Positions 48,840 through 61,312 of a stretch of DNA of 64,000 nt are shown piece by piece. The stretch lies in assembly GCA_965112155.1 (NCBI GenBank), contig OZ218102.1; one strand, given 5' to 3'. The number at the start of each line of letters is the position of its first letter. Positions within the stretch are counted from its first letter, which is position 1. This stretch comes from Podarcis liolepis. Taxonomy: Eukaryota. The translations under genes and the position numbers were made by a program. Under the pieces are notes generated by a model, which ran no database searches, was not told the origin of the DNA, and saw nothing but the letters and a program-made list of their open reading frames with translations.

Positions 48840-49630
48840 AACCCCCTCCTGTAAAATGCGGCTTTCCAAAAACGCTTCGTCAGAGAACCTGCGCTAGGTT
48901 GCAGCCACAGCGCGACTCATGACGAAGCAAAAATAAAACACCCCGATCCTTCCCAGGCTTGCTCGGAAGCAAGTCCCGCCGCGTTCTGCTCCGAAGCAAG
49001 TGGGCGCAGGATTGCAACCTTGCTGAAATCGCCCCCGTTCATTCCTAGGCATGACCTTTCCCCGCTGCAAAGGAACCTCCTTTTCTATATATATCTATAT
49101 CTATATCTATATATATCTATATATCTATATGCACAACAGGCTTACCTGCGTTAAATAGAAGAAAGTGGACCCGAGGAGAAGCCCATAAATATGGAGGGAC
49201 AGTCGTGCAAACGGCAATCGGGGCTTTTCCGTGCGGCTCGACGGAGGAGTAACTTCCGCACGAGGCTTTGGGACTTTTGCTTTCTCTGTGGTTTTAACTC
49301 ACCCAGTGCGTCCCCCCCGATCCTCGCCCGCAGACTCAGCACCCCGCCAGCCTCGCTCCTGCTGCTTATCAAACGCTGCGCCGTCTGCTCCACGTGAAAG
49401 CGCTGCGGAAGCCAATCGCGTCGCAGGCCAGGCGCCTGCCAAGCGAATCAGCGCCGAGCTGCCCGCGCTGGGGGAGGCGTGATAGCTCCGCTGCCAGGAG
49501 GTGCCGTGGGATGGGGGCGAAGCATGCGGCTCTGTTGACACAGCTTCCAGCGGGAAGACCCTCGGCTCAAGGTCAGCCCCTGCCGGCGACCCAGGAATTA
49601 AGGCAGTTTTTACAAAATATATAAATAGGC
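48840..49630 (-). promoter_or_regulatory. CpG-island promoter of PPP1R3C
   Basis: Sharp rise in GC and CpG density. Contains E-box/HRE CACGTG (49391-49396), CCAAT (49412-49416), TCAAGGTCA nuclear-receptor extended half-site (49567-49575), AT-rich MEF2/TATA-like ATATAAATAG (49619-49628) and GATAAG on the minus strand (49370-49365). Confidence 0.8.
49146..49340 (-). other. PPP1R3C: PPP1R3C exon 1 (apparently non-coding); 5' boundary uncertain (~49250-49340)
   Basis: Lies in the only CpG island of the window, ~1.8 kb upstream of the main exon. Consensus donor CAG|GTAAG at 49146/49145 and a second consensus donor TGG|GTGAGT at 49303/49302. Confidence 0.7.
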
Positions 49631-49809
49631 CCAGAATGAATTTGGACAATTGGGGGGGGGGGTTGAACATTGTAGTACATATTGCATTGTTTTAATGGAT
49701 GCTTCATTATATAGCGCACCTTTCTGTATTTTGTTTTATTTATTTTTCTTCTGTAACTTGCTGCAGGACTTCCCCAGCTGCAAGGAAACAGGCCTTTTCT
49801 CCTCCTCCC

Positions 49810-49935
49810 CACTCCATCTTCACAACAACCCTGTGAGGTAGGTCAGGTTGAGGCATGATGACTGGCCCTAGGTCATTCAGTGACTTTTCTGGCTGGCTGG
49901 CTGGTTCAAACCCTGGTCTTGGTCTCTACAGCCAC
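49810..49935 (-). mobile_element. CORE-type tRNA SINE (MIR-like); related copies at ~52395-52520 (-), ~54985-55125 (-), 63856-64000 (+)
   Basis: Shared motif tcacaacaaccctgtgaggtagg..aggctgag...gtgactggccca.ggtca in all copies; the 63856 copy shows A/B-box-like tggtgtagtagtt / gtttgaatcc. Confidence 0.7.
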
Positions 49936-50439
49936 AGCAGGTGCTCTAACTCTCCAACAGTTTGACTTCGCCTGCAAAGGCATACTCTTTCGTTGCCTCC
50001 TGAGACAGACGGATGCCAACAAAATCACTTCAAGACTTCCATTGGTTGCAGGAAACAATTAACAGATTTAATAAATGTTAATGACATTGCAGCCCAGGTT
50101 TGCTGGATAACTTTCACCAGCAGTTTCACATATTCAAAAACATAGGGGACATCTGTGGCAGCCCAAAAGGGGAGGAACAGAAGTCTCTCAGCACCACTGA
50201 CTGGGATCATCCTTCCAGAAAGGACTGGGGCCACTATAAATTTGTGTCTCTGAGACCCAATCCTGTTGGGCAACCCAGAAGGAAACAGTGGTTGGTGGTA
50301 CTGAAACCCATTGAGAGGTCCAGAAAAACCAACAGGGTCATGCTCCCCCTATCCATTCCCCAGTCCCCAAGGTGTTTTCTGTCCTATAACCAGGCCAAAA
50401 GCCAGACTGGAATAGATGTAAATAATCAGTATCATCCCA

Positions 50440-50625
50440 AACTGCCTTGAGTGGCGGTGCTTCCAGAACTTCACTTAATGATGAAAAATTAGACACAGGG
50501 TGATCATTATCCAGGACTGTTCTGTCAACATCTGATTTATTTAACTAAGGATGCACCACCAGCACCACCCTTTTCAGTGCAACAGGTATAATCCCTTCTC
50601 TTAAAGATGCAGTAATAACTTCTGA
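50440..50625 (-). mobile_element. Old L2/CR1-group reverse-transcriptase fragment
   Basis: Minus-strand translation ASLREGIIPVALKRVVLVVHP*LNKSDVDRTVLDNDHPVSNFSSLSEVLE matches the pre-RT motif G..P..LK.A.V.P..KK...D...NYRPVSNL...K.LE. Confidence 0.7.
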
Positions 50626-53600
50626 CAGTGTGCTTTCCAGACAAGTACGCCTGGCCCTATAGAGCAACGAAAAGGGCCCAGGAGTTTTTTGTATTCTTGA
50701 ATTCAGTCCTGCAAAGACATGTAGAGCCATAACTTTATTCCTTTGATACTCCTATTACAATTAATAGTACTTTACTACCAAATTTCAGGATTCATTCTGA
50801 CTACACCATGTAATTTGGGTGCCCAGGGGCAAAAAGATGCTCCTGCATCTTTAAGAAAGGCGTAGATCCCTGCGCTTGCCAAAATTCTTTCTTCTAATTA
50901 GAGGCATGGGACACTCTGCAGATGAGGAAAGGAAGCTACCCTTACACACGTGAACAGGATTGCCAGCAATGCATGCATATAGTTAAGGAAGATTATTATT
51001 AAGGAAGAGGAGCTAGAACCAAGCCCTTAGCATGTTTACCTGCTTAGCACATTTTGGAATTTCATATTTTCTGCCTAATGTATGATGCAGCTCTAGACAT
51101 TTGCATGATTGTGACCTCAATATTAATCTCATGTTCTAGATCAGTCCTGGAGAACCTTCAGCCCTCCAGATGTTGCTGGACTGTAATTCCCATCATCCTT
51201 GACCATTGCCCATGCTGGCTGGGGCTGATGGAATTCTCCAGTATCTGGAAGGCCACAGGTCCTGCACCACTGTTACAGAACATTGGATTTAAGAATACTT
51301 ACAAGTTAGGAGGCTTTTAGTTTTTGTATTTTGAGGGAGTGGAAATATATGAATCCCTGTGACCCATGTGTGTGGGGTGGATGGATAATAAATCGGCTGG
51401 GTGCCTAGTTTCAAAACATGGGACTAGCACATAGAAAGCCCCAGCAGAGTTTAAAATCAAGTCACAACTTGTACAGCAGTAAAGTGTGGAAATAGGCTGT
51501 TAAATCTGTTTAAATATCCCATTTAGTTCACTGAAACAGTGGATCTCTTTCTACCCCTCTTATCATTGAACATACCACACTATGTTAAGTAAGTTTAAAA
51601 TACTTTACTTTACTTTACTTACTTTACTTACAGATTGCATTGTTCCATGCAACAGCAAGGTGAACACAGGAAGAAAGCTTTTGAGCAGAAAATACAGAAT
51701 CTTGTTCCAAACACGTGCTCTAAGCTTGGGAACAAACTTATACACACCCTCCTTTGTTGGCTACATGGTACAGAGTGGGGTGGACAGGAAGAGAGGGCTT
51801 CATTTCCTCCCTCATCTGAGAAGACGGGGCATGACCTACACAGCTGTATTGTCTTAGCCCCTTCATGCACTAACTAGCCCTATGTTTGCTAGTTGTATAT
51901 GAATGCAATCTCCCACTTATTACTCGAACCATTAAGGTCACAATCCTAGGTACTCCTCATATGAAATCTTCCAAATAATAGTTATTAATAGCATTAGTCT
52001 ATAGGTGTGTCGGAAGAACAAGAAAACTAGGCCAGTCATTTATTTTTTCTGGAGCCAAGAGCTTATGTAAATTAGTCTGCTAAGCAAGACCACTTTTCTT
52101 TGGATTCATGATGCAATATAGCAAACCTCCAGAAAGCGGGAGAAAGCCACTGAGATGAAAAGCAGCTGTTATTTCTCAACCCAACTAAGCAAACAGCTGC
52201 CAAGTCCTTTCATTCATTTCACGCAAATAAAACAAGTAAGAGGCATGGGTAACGCTTGCTGCTTTTTTATAGGTCAACTGTGAGTCTGCAAAAACTGTTC
52301 AGGGCTTGCATGAAATGGTGCAAAGGAACAGCTTATTCTTTATTATTATTAAATTTATATTAACCTTTCATGCAATGAGCTTGAGGTGATGTTCCCCACT
52401 TGATATTCATGGCAACCCTGTGAGATGGCTTAGGCTGAGAGGTGGTGTGACTGGCCAAAGGTCACCTAGTGTGACTGAATGGGGATTTGAATCCTGGTGT
52501 TGCAGGTCCTAGTCCAGCTCCTACCCTAATCAAAGCAATGCTACAGCCCTATCTAATCATTTTATCCAATTAGATTGAAGTGAGAGGAGAGCAGGGACAT
52601 CCTTTCTGATCCCAGCCCTCTGCTGCATCCTTATCACCCAGCCATGTCCCCTTCCACTTAATGGATGGCGGGGAAGTCTCAAGCAGGGAGCCTGAGGTTT
52701 TGAAGCAGAGGTTGGGTGACCAGCTGTCATGTATGATCTAGCTGAGATCCCTCAATTGCAGGGGGTTGGACCTGCGGCATCCCTTCCAACTCTGCAGTTC
52801 TATGATTCTAGTAAGCAGGCCTATTCAAATAATTTTATAGGTGGGAAAGTGTGTTTGTATCTACAACAACGCTGGCTGGGAGGTATGTTTTGCATTCTAC
52901 CTGGCTATCATTTGTGGGGTTATCAGCAGGGCACCCAGAGGCAAACAAAGTCCCTGTGAGTTGTGTAAAAAGAAGGAAATCCCCTTTCTTGCATGACAAA
53001 CCGCACCTGCTAAAATTCCTTCCTCTGCACAAGTACAAGACCCTTGTCCTCCTTTGCGTCTGTTCACCCTGGTGATAGGTCTTGATAAATTCTCCCAAGT
53101 ACCACTACTCTGTGCATGTGCTTTAATATGCTCTCTATGAAGAATATTGCCTAGCTTACCTGTTGTACAGCTGCAGGAGAGGAGCACCCAACTAGCCATC
53201 ACAAAAGCCAAAAGCAATTAGCATCAGCAGTGCTCCCTTCCCACAATTGGGGTTGCCAGTTGTTTAGCCTGGCCTCTGTAGATATGCCATTAATAATGGC
53301 TGTATATGCAAATACTAGCCGTTGATCTTGTTTCACTTTCTGCAGCTGTACAAAGCTTCACCAGTAGGATCAAGCTGCAAGAATAAGCCATTGATATTTT
53401 TTCATGGTCACCCACCCAGCAATAGCTTGCCATTTTGTGATATATTGTTATGGCCTTAATTATGGTTGACTATTATGTTTTGTTTGCCGATTGTCTACTT
53501 CTTTCCTGAGCCAGCTGTGTGTGCGTTTAAAAGGGCAAATGACAGCCAGGCTATTCCTCCACCTCTACCCTATGGCTACAAAGCTGTTGGGCCTCCCAGA

Positions 53601-54405
53601 TCTTGTGATAATTGTCGTTGAACAATGACTTATGCGGGAGCATTGTGTAAAGGTTTCACTGCCCTGGAGGCATGCTTTGCTTTTCCAGGAAGGCCCCTGA
53701 CCCTTGCCTATAATTATTTGACTGTGACAAGCATGCAGCCACCTTTTCGAGCCTCCTGCAGACCAGAAATAATCTTCCCACACTGTATCCCGTTTGTTTG
53801 TCTCGTTCACACTTTTCTTATTTCAGTCTCAATGTGCCATCCACGACAGGGAACTTATAAAAAGGTTCTGAAGGGTGGTTGTCACCCACCTGTCTGCAGC
53901 AGTTTTCAGCCATCTCCTTCAATGCAGCCTTTGAGCTGAGCAATGACCCACATCATTAATCCAGGGAAACACCCGCTGTCTCTCTGCTCCAGGGAAACAG
54001 GATTGCAAATGACTTTTGGGGGAAAGGCGGCTTCAGAATTTGGGCAAGCTTTTTCACCAGTGCTTTAATCACAGGCTGCTGCTTCATTTTAGCTACTTAC
54101 TACTTTTATACCCCTTCTCTCCTCCAAGGTTGCATGCCACCCCCAATCTCTGCTGTTTCCATTGGGGAATCAAGGCGCGGTGGAAACTAGTGTGTTCAAT
54201 AAATATGGTTTCTTGTACACATATTTACACCTGGATCTACTCTGAAGAGAGTTCACAGCATTCGCATCTCAGGAGCAGCCTATCCTTCCCAGCAGCCCAG
54301 CACTGGATTCCCAGACATCTCTGTGCTCTTTCCCAGCCTTTCTTCAGCCAATTCACCAAGATGGTTCTGGCCTTCACAGCAGCACATCCAGTTCTCCCCC
54401 TTCTT

Positions 54406-54652
54406 CATGGGTAGGCAAACTAAGGCCCGGATCCGGCCCAAGCGCCTTCTAAATCCAGCCCATGGATGGTCCAGGAATCAGCGTGTTTTTACATGAGTAG
54501 AATGTATCCTTTTATTTAAAATGCATCTCTGGGTTATTTGTGGGGCATAGGAATTCATTCATTCCCCCCTTCCCCCCCCCAAAATAGTCCGGCCCCCACA
54601 AGGTCTGAGGGACAGTGGACCGGCCCCCTGCTGAAAAAGTTTGCTGACCCTG
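54406..54652. mobile_element. hAT (Charlie-like) MITE family F
   Basis: CATGGGTAGGCAAACT...AGTTTGCTGACCCTG; flanking duplication ccttctt; homologous to 63604-63847 in the opposite orientation. Confidence 0.85.
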
Positions 54653-55795
54653 CCTTCTTCCTCAGCCTCTCAGTTTCAAAAGGACACCTTTTTCCTATGT
54701 GACATCATGCCTCCTGTAAACTCCCCCTCCCAACTCTGCTATTTACCCAGGGTCAGGCAGAAGGTCAATGACTGGCCATACCTTGATGGTCCTTCCCACA
54801 AGGAGATTTCCTGGTTTAGCCTGCATTTTAGATCTAACATCTGGCACCTTCCCTTCAATATTATCTCAATTACCGTATACTGTTTATTAATTTCTAGCAT
54901 TCCCTAACTCTAGCAGTTACAGGTGACCTTTCACCCCCAACCTCTGTTACCCTAGATCTGTAACAATATATAACTTTGCCCCTCTGTTTTGATCCTCACA
55001 AAAAGCCTGCGAGGTAAATTAAGCTGAGAGATAGTGATTGAGCCCAGCGAAGTTCATTGCTGGGTGAGGATTTCCACCTTCCTTTCCCCAGTCCCAGTCC
55101 AGCACTCTAACCACTATGCCACACTTGAGATGATGTTATCACATGAAGGTGTGTATAGTTGCAAACCGCAGTGTACAAAAGCCCACTGTAAAAAATAAAA
55201 ATAATTGGCCTCTGTTCATTTCAAATGCTGTGTGTATACAGCCTAAATGATGCCCCCCCCATGTGCCAAGTACCAAAATGAAATGGGGATGGGGATGAGG
55301 CACACCTTCTGGGGCTAAGGTGCTTGTGTGTGTCGCTTCTGTGTTCTGCACAGCACCTTGCTCCTGGTTAGCAAAGCAAAAATAACCTACGTGCAAACAG
55401 GTATTGCATTATGCTCCACAATCCCTCTCTGACTTTTCTTGGCAAACGGCTGTCCTTGCATGAAGTGTTCCTTTAGGAAGAAAATTCCCACGGGCCGAGG
55501 GGAATGCCATATCCCTGCTTACAATCTCCATTTCTGTCCCTCCTTATATAAATTAAACTCAAACCAGTGAATAAGGCTGCAGTCCCATAATAACCACTTA
55601 TCTGGACTTAAGCCCAGCTGAACTCCATGGGACTTAACGTCTGACTAGAGATGTATAGAATTGTCTTTTAAGGATGTCATTGGGACCATTTATTCCACTT
55701 GCAAAAAATATATATATCTAAAGTTTATTTCAGCGCAGAATTCAGTGCAGAATTTGATTATCATTTTCTTTATGGGGCAGACATGCCCCAACTTC

Positions 55796-55940
55796 AGTAC
55801 TCTGCATACCAGATGAGTTATGCAGGATGACATTACACATATTTTATTAGGACTAAGAAGAAGTTGTTCAGCTTGAGTACTCTGAGTACCAGATGAGTTA
55901 TGCAGGATGACATTACACATATTTTATTAGGACTGAGAAG
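55796..55940. repeat. Local direct duplication: two 65-bp copies, 80-bp period
   Basis: 55796-55860 and 55876-55940 differ at 3 positions; 15-bp unique spacer. Confidence 0.9.
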
Positions 55941-58900
55941 CATGGAAGGAACATGCTTGGTTATCTGGAGGGTAGCTTGACACTGGCAGACATCACAAGT
56001 GGCCTCTGAAAGCTAGAGGTGCCTTCGTTCACGCTGCACAAGGAAAGCTCATAAAAAGTACAAGGCAGAAATGTCAGAGGCAAAGGACATTGCAAGAGCA
56101 ACCATCTCCCCCTTCTTCATTTTTGACTCATGCCAATATGTTAAGTGAAACCTGGACTCTCTTCAAAATCAGACAGTAGGACTGCAAAAATTGGTCCTCA
56201 AGCCCTACAAAGGTAGGAGAGGAAACAGCATCCTCTCCTCTCAGTCGATCTGGAACCATTTGCCCCCCCCCTTTTTTTTTTTACAGAAAAGTATGCAAAT
56301 GTCAGCACTTTTTCCTTAAACAAATAATTGGTACATTCAGGTAGCAGCCTAACTTGTGTGGGTATCTTTTTTTAAAAAAAACATAAACAGCTGGTATTTG
56401 GTGATTGAAGATAGCTGCCCTATGAAGGCTGATACTGTATCTTGTAAACCAGTACTCCCATTACAGAAATGAGATTTCTCTGAATGGTGACTCTGTTTCC
56501 ACCAGAGCTCGTCAAGGACACCTTTCCCTAGTCTGTTTCTTACCTGTTCCATTTCAAAGTTTTTCAGTTCCAAAGTTTTTAACTTTGGGTTTTTGTTTCT
56601 CTGGCATAAATAATCCCTGATTAAACATTGCTGCATTTTATGCTCAAACCTGACAATGGCATTTTGTCTCAAGTGTTTGAGGTGAGATTACCGCAAGAAC
56701 TCTTTGTAGTCTGGGCGATGTATTTTTAATGTCACGATTGTAACAGCTGTCCTTCAGCTCTTTCAGAGCAGCCAGGTGTTTTACTCCAATGTAGCACTTC
56801 TGTCGCCAGTACATTTGCCTAGCATTAAAAGTATAATAGTGTCTTATTACAAAAATGATTTTTCCGCTCCCAAGCTAAATGTACCTATTGTAGTTACGAG
56901 TGCTACGTGATATCTTCACATATTGGCTAGTGCCCAGGACAACATGAATGATACACTAATGATAAACAATGCAACACATATCTCTGTGCCATGTTGTGTA
57001 CCCGCTCTCCTCACAGATATACCACAGTTTCATGGATTTCCTTCTTCCTTTTCTTTTCTTTTAGTTGTTTTAAGAGATATATTTTTTTCTCCAAATTGCA
57101 GCACCAGTCTCCTGTGTTTGGGAGATGGAGGGAGTCCTTTGAGTTCACTTCTATGGGTTAAAGATCCAGTTGAATTTCCAAGTATCCCATTGAGGCAAAG
57201 AAGGGCAAAAAAAGGCAACACACACGCACCTCCCTGCTCACAAGGCCGCCAACTTTCATGATGCATATTCTGCATATTCTCCAAGTTTCATAATGTATAT
57301 TGTGACCAATACCCTGCAGATTTGCTGAGGGATAATTCAAAGCGGAAAATTTATATCATAGAGGTGTATTTGGTGGATCAAACAGATCAGACTGTAGCCC
57401 TATTTGGACATTCTGAAACTGTACCCAGTAACTTGCAACCCTCTCTACAATCAGAGACCCTGATCTTGCACAAGTCCTGGCTATGTTGATCCTTGAAGAC
57501 TAGAAGTGGCTTCAGTTTATCCTTGCTTCTGACCTTCCCACTCAATGCCAGAAGGCTAGGAGGTGGAAAAAGCGAGGCTGACAGGCATTGCCCCTCCACT
57601 GATGCCATTTTAAAATGCTAGAATAAAGCCCCCCTTTTTTTCGTTCACATGATTTATGAAATGCATTTTCTCTTCTTCCTTACGTATTTTCTTTGCATTT
57701 GAAGTAGCCCTTCAAATGGGGCTCCAGTTGGATCGCTGCTGTACATTACATGATCAGAGAACAGCCGACGGAGAAATGGGCAAAACTGCACATTTCCAAT
57801 TGCTAAGTAAAATCTCATGCAAAGACTAAATCTTTGCATAAATCTAATATTAAAATCATAAGCGGGACCAACATTGTGGAAAGTTCAGTGTTCCAAAGGT
57901 AGCAGCCTTGAGTGTGAGTGTATGAAATAATGAATCCTATTTTTAGTAACATATAAAGAACCTTTCAAAGTGATTCACAGAGGGACTGGATGGTAATCCA
58001 AAAATGTTGGACCAGCCATCAAAACCAAGTCCACGATGGGAACCTTTATAGCTTGACATCTGTCTGGAATTTATGACTCAGGCACATGATCTCTTTCTGC
58101 TACCTTGTTGACAGGTGTCAATCACATCCTTGTTGGCAGATTCCCAGCATAAGGAAAGCTACCCTCCCAAAGTCCACTTAAGGCAAAATAAGGAGGTGAT
58201 ACAAGGTCATGAGCCTGCCAAGGATGATGCTGCCAGCAATGTACTTGTTCTGTTTATAAATAGAGGACTCTGTTCCATTGCTTTGATGTTGGCACCTTTT
58301 CCTTTAAAGGGGAAGTGACAACTGCAAATTTAAGAAGCACCCTTCTTTTCTTTTAAGCTAAGTTAAAAAGTTAGTAAATTCCATTTAGGAATAAAATTAT
58401 TTCTTTGATAGCACTTGGGAAGACCAATATAGATGATACACAAATTAGCCCCTTTCCAACTCTGCATTACTTGTTGTCTCTGATCAGCTCTCACGATACA
58501 TTTTTAGCAAAAATGAAATTATTCACAAAACATTAACCTCTTGACGTTGACCTCGAATTTCAGCCTCAGAATCTGAATGTCAACTTTAAAAAAATCACAG
58601 GGTATAATGCTGTCCTAATAGTACAACACAGATGAGCATTGTTTTTAGACTGGACTCTTTCCAGTGTAATATTTTCTTACATCAGGTTGTTTTTGGATGG
58701 ATTCCTCTGGAGTCTGCTGACACACAAAGGCAACCGAAGGGATCCAGCTTACATAGTTTCATTTCCTGGAAACGTGCAACATCATTTGCACAGGCAAGGA
58801 TCCATCAGGATAATCCCAGAAGCTATGAAATGGAGGAAATCCATTTGAATTGCCTCCCCACCCATTTATTATTATTATTAGTAGTAGTAGTATAATTTAT

Positions 58901-59632
58901 GAAGCATCTAACATATTCTAAATGCCATACATAGATTAAAAACTTCCTGCTCACAGGCTTAAAATCTGAAAGGCATAGCACAAAAGGTAAAATGGATAGA
59001 GAAGGAAAACAAACAAACAAACTCAAGGACCAGTTCCTCAAGTTATAGAGGCTGTGGACACTCCCATTTGTTCTGCCTCCAGTTCAGTGTCTTCTCACGA
59101 CCAGTTTGGGAAGTCGTATAAACACGCTAGCCACAATTCACATCTGTCCTGGAGTTTCTTGAGAAATATTGTGTTTTCCCTCAAACACCTTTGAAACGAT
59201 TTGAAAATGTAAGCCGCCTGAAGACATCCACACTCCCAGTCCACCAGCGGGTGTGAACAGACGGCGATTTTTTTCAAAAGCACATCCAACTGTGCTGATG
59301 CGTACAATGATGTGCAAATACATTGGGGGGGGGGAGTGGCCTCACTGAGTAATGTGTACACAGTCAAAATTGTTCTTAGAATGACCACCTTGAAAGGGAG
59401 GGAGGGGCCCAATGGCTGTGGATCTCAATGGGCCCTGGTGTTCCAGCTTTCCTGCTGCAGCAACCCATGGCCCTGTAGTATAAGAAAGTGCTTAGTATTA
59501 TAAGAAAATACATTAAGCCTGCAATTTGCATGGGAATCAAGCTTAAAGCCAAAATCATGTATAGTCAAAGCACATTAGGGTGGGATTGCCAAAGCTTTCC
59601 CCTCCCCCCTGGACCCCCTCCCCCCCATTTCC

Positions 59633-59686
59633 TCTATTCTATTCTATTCTATTCTATTCTATTCTATTCTATTCTATTCTATTCTA
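59633..59686. repeat. (CTATT)n pentanucleotide repeat
   Basis: Direct reading. Confidence 0.95.
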
Positions 59687-61312
59687 ATCATTTAATTTAA
59701 TTTCATTTCATTTCATTTTAATTGCCAAACATGTAAAGCTGAATGTACACAAGCTAAATGTGCATAAGTTGCAGGTTTACTGTATTCTGCATTTTGTGAT
59801 CATTTTTGTTGTGCATCATGAATACAATGGGCACACAGTCCTTTCGCGATGATGCAGTTGTCATGCCCGCATGTGGAAGATCTACCTAAGGGTCCACTTT
59901 TCCCTCTCCCACTGCCTGCACACAGGCAGCATAAGGTATATTAGTGGGGATGATAGACTTGCACCCATATCCCGCATTTCCACCCAGGCCTTCTTCTCTG
60001 TGCCTTCAGGCATAAGCTGAGGAACGAGGGAAGTCGCCTTTTTTGAGAGCCTGTGCACACCAGGGCTGTGCATGCAGGGCAAGCGAGTTGTTCCCTGCAT
60101 GTTTCTGAATTTCATTGTTTATATGTTAAATATTTTTAAAAGTTACCTGCAAAAAAGAGCTTCATTCTTGGAGACTGCCATGCGGTTTCCAGTCTAGAGT
60201 CACTCCTGGCATGAAGCACACAGAGTTGCAAAATATACCCTGTGGCATAAAGCCACATTAGCTTTGAGGTTTTTTTTTCTGGACAAAGACAAAATGTCGT
60301 TGTTGAAACTCCACAAAGAATCGTCTTACAGACTCGTAATCCCAGCCCCGTTCTATCATCGACCCACGTAACTTTTTACCAACTCCTTTTTCTTTTAAAC
60401 TATTTCGTTCTTTCTTTCCTTTTTTAAAGGATTAAAATGTTTGTATGTTCATGTCAGCTAACGGATGCCTAATAGTTTGTTTATTTATTCATTTCTTGCG
60501 AGAGGAGTTTGCTGTACAAGGAAAACAAAAGGAGCTTCATTCTGTATAACCTGTGGCCAAGCTTGTAAGTGAATTGGGCTTTCATGGTTCTTTAGGTGGC
60601 ATAGGACACAATCCGATATTTGAGTTCCATTGGCAGAAGAACTTTAGGATTTGGTAAAAGCTCTGGTATGCCAACGAACCTGGGACATGCCAGACAAAAG
60701 AGACACTAGGGGAACACACCAGATATGCCACCAGAATGGACAAAACACAGCAGAAGTTGTATCCTACATTTCTCCCTCTTCTCTCTGTCATGCCCTCACC
60801 TGTTGGGCATCCAGATTCAGGCACTATGTGCCCCAGCTGCTGGCTATAGCTCAATGCTCCTTCCTCTCTACAGGCTGTGAGATGGTAGATGGCCCTTCAA
60901 ACATAATACTTTCTTACTTTATTTTATTTGTGGCATGCAAATGACTGCAAACTTTGTTTTAATATTTGATTACATGTTCTTCTTGGGCTTGATCAGAGTA
61001 TGACAGATTAATTATTTGAGTACTGTATGTTTGTTCGTTTTAAACAATGATTTGTGATCTGTGAGTCAAGGGAGAAAATGCTTTTGTTACAAGTACTTTT
61101 CCTTGCAGTGACACTGTCTCTGAAACACTGTCTCACACTATACAAATAAAGACATAAAACAAAGACTATAAAACACCACAAGAATATAGGAAGGGGGCCT
61201 TACATTGAGTCAAATTACTGGTCCATCCAGCACAATGCCGTCCAACCTGACCAGCAGTGACTCTTGAGGGTTTCATAGGAGACATTCCCTGCCCTACCTG
61301 GGGAGGCAGTGG

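Noticed and set aside
49191-49841. Cluster of Arg/Ala/Pro-rich ORFs
   Set aside because: Stop-codon scarcity in a GC-rich CpG island.
55876-55940. C/D-box snoRNA pair (gatgag...ctga)
   Set aside because: No proper RTGATGA C box, the D box is missing in one copy, there is no convincing terminal stem, and it is not in a known host intron.
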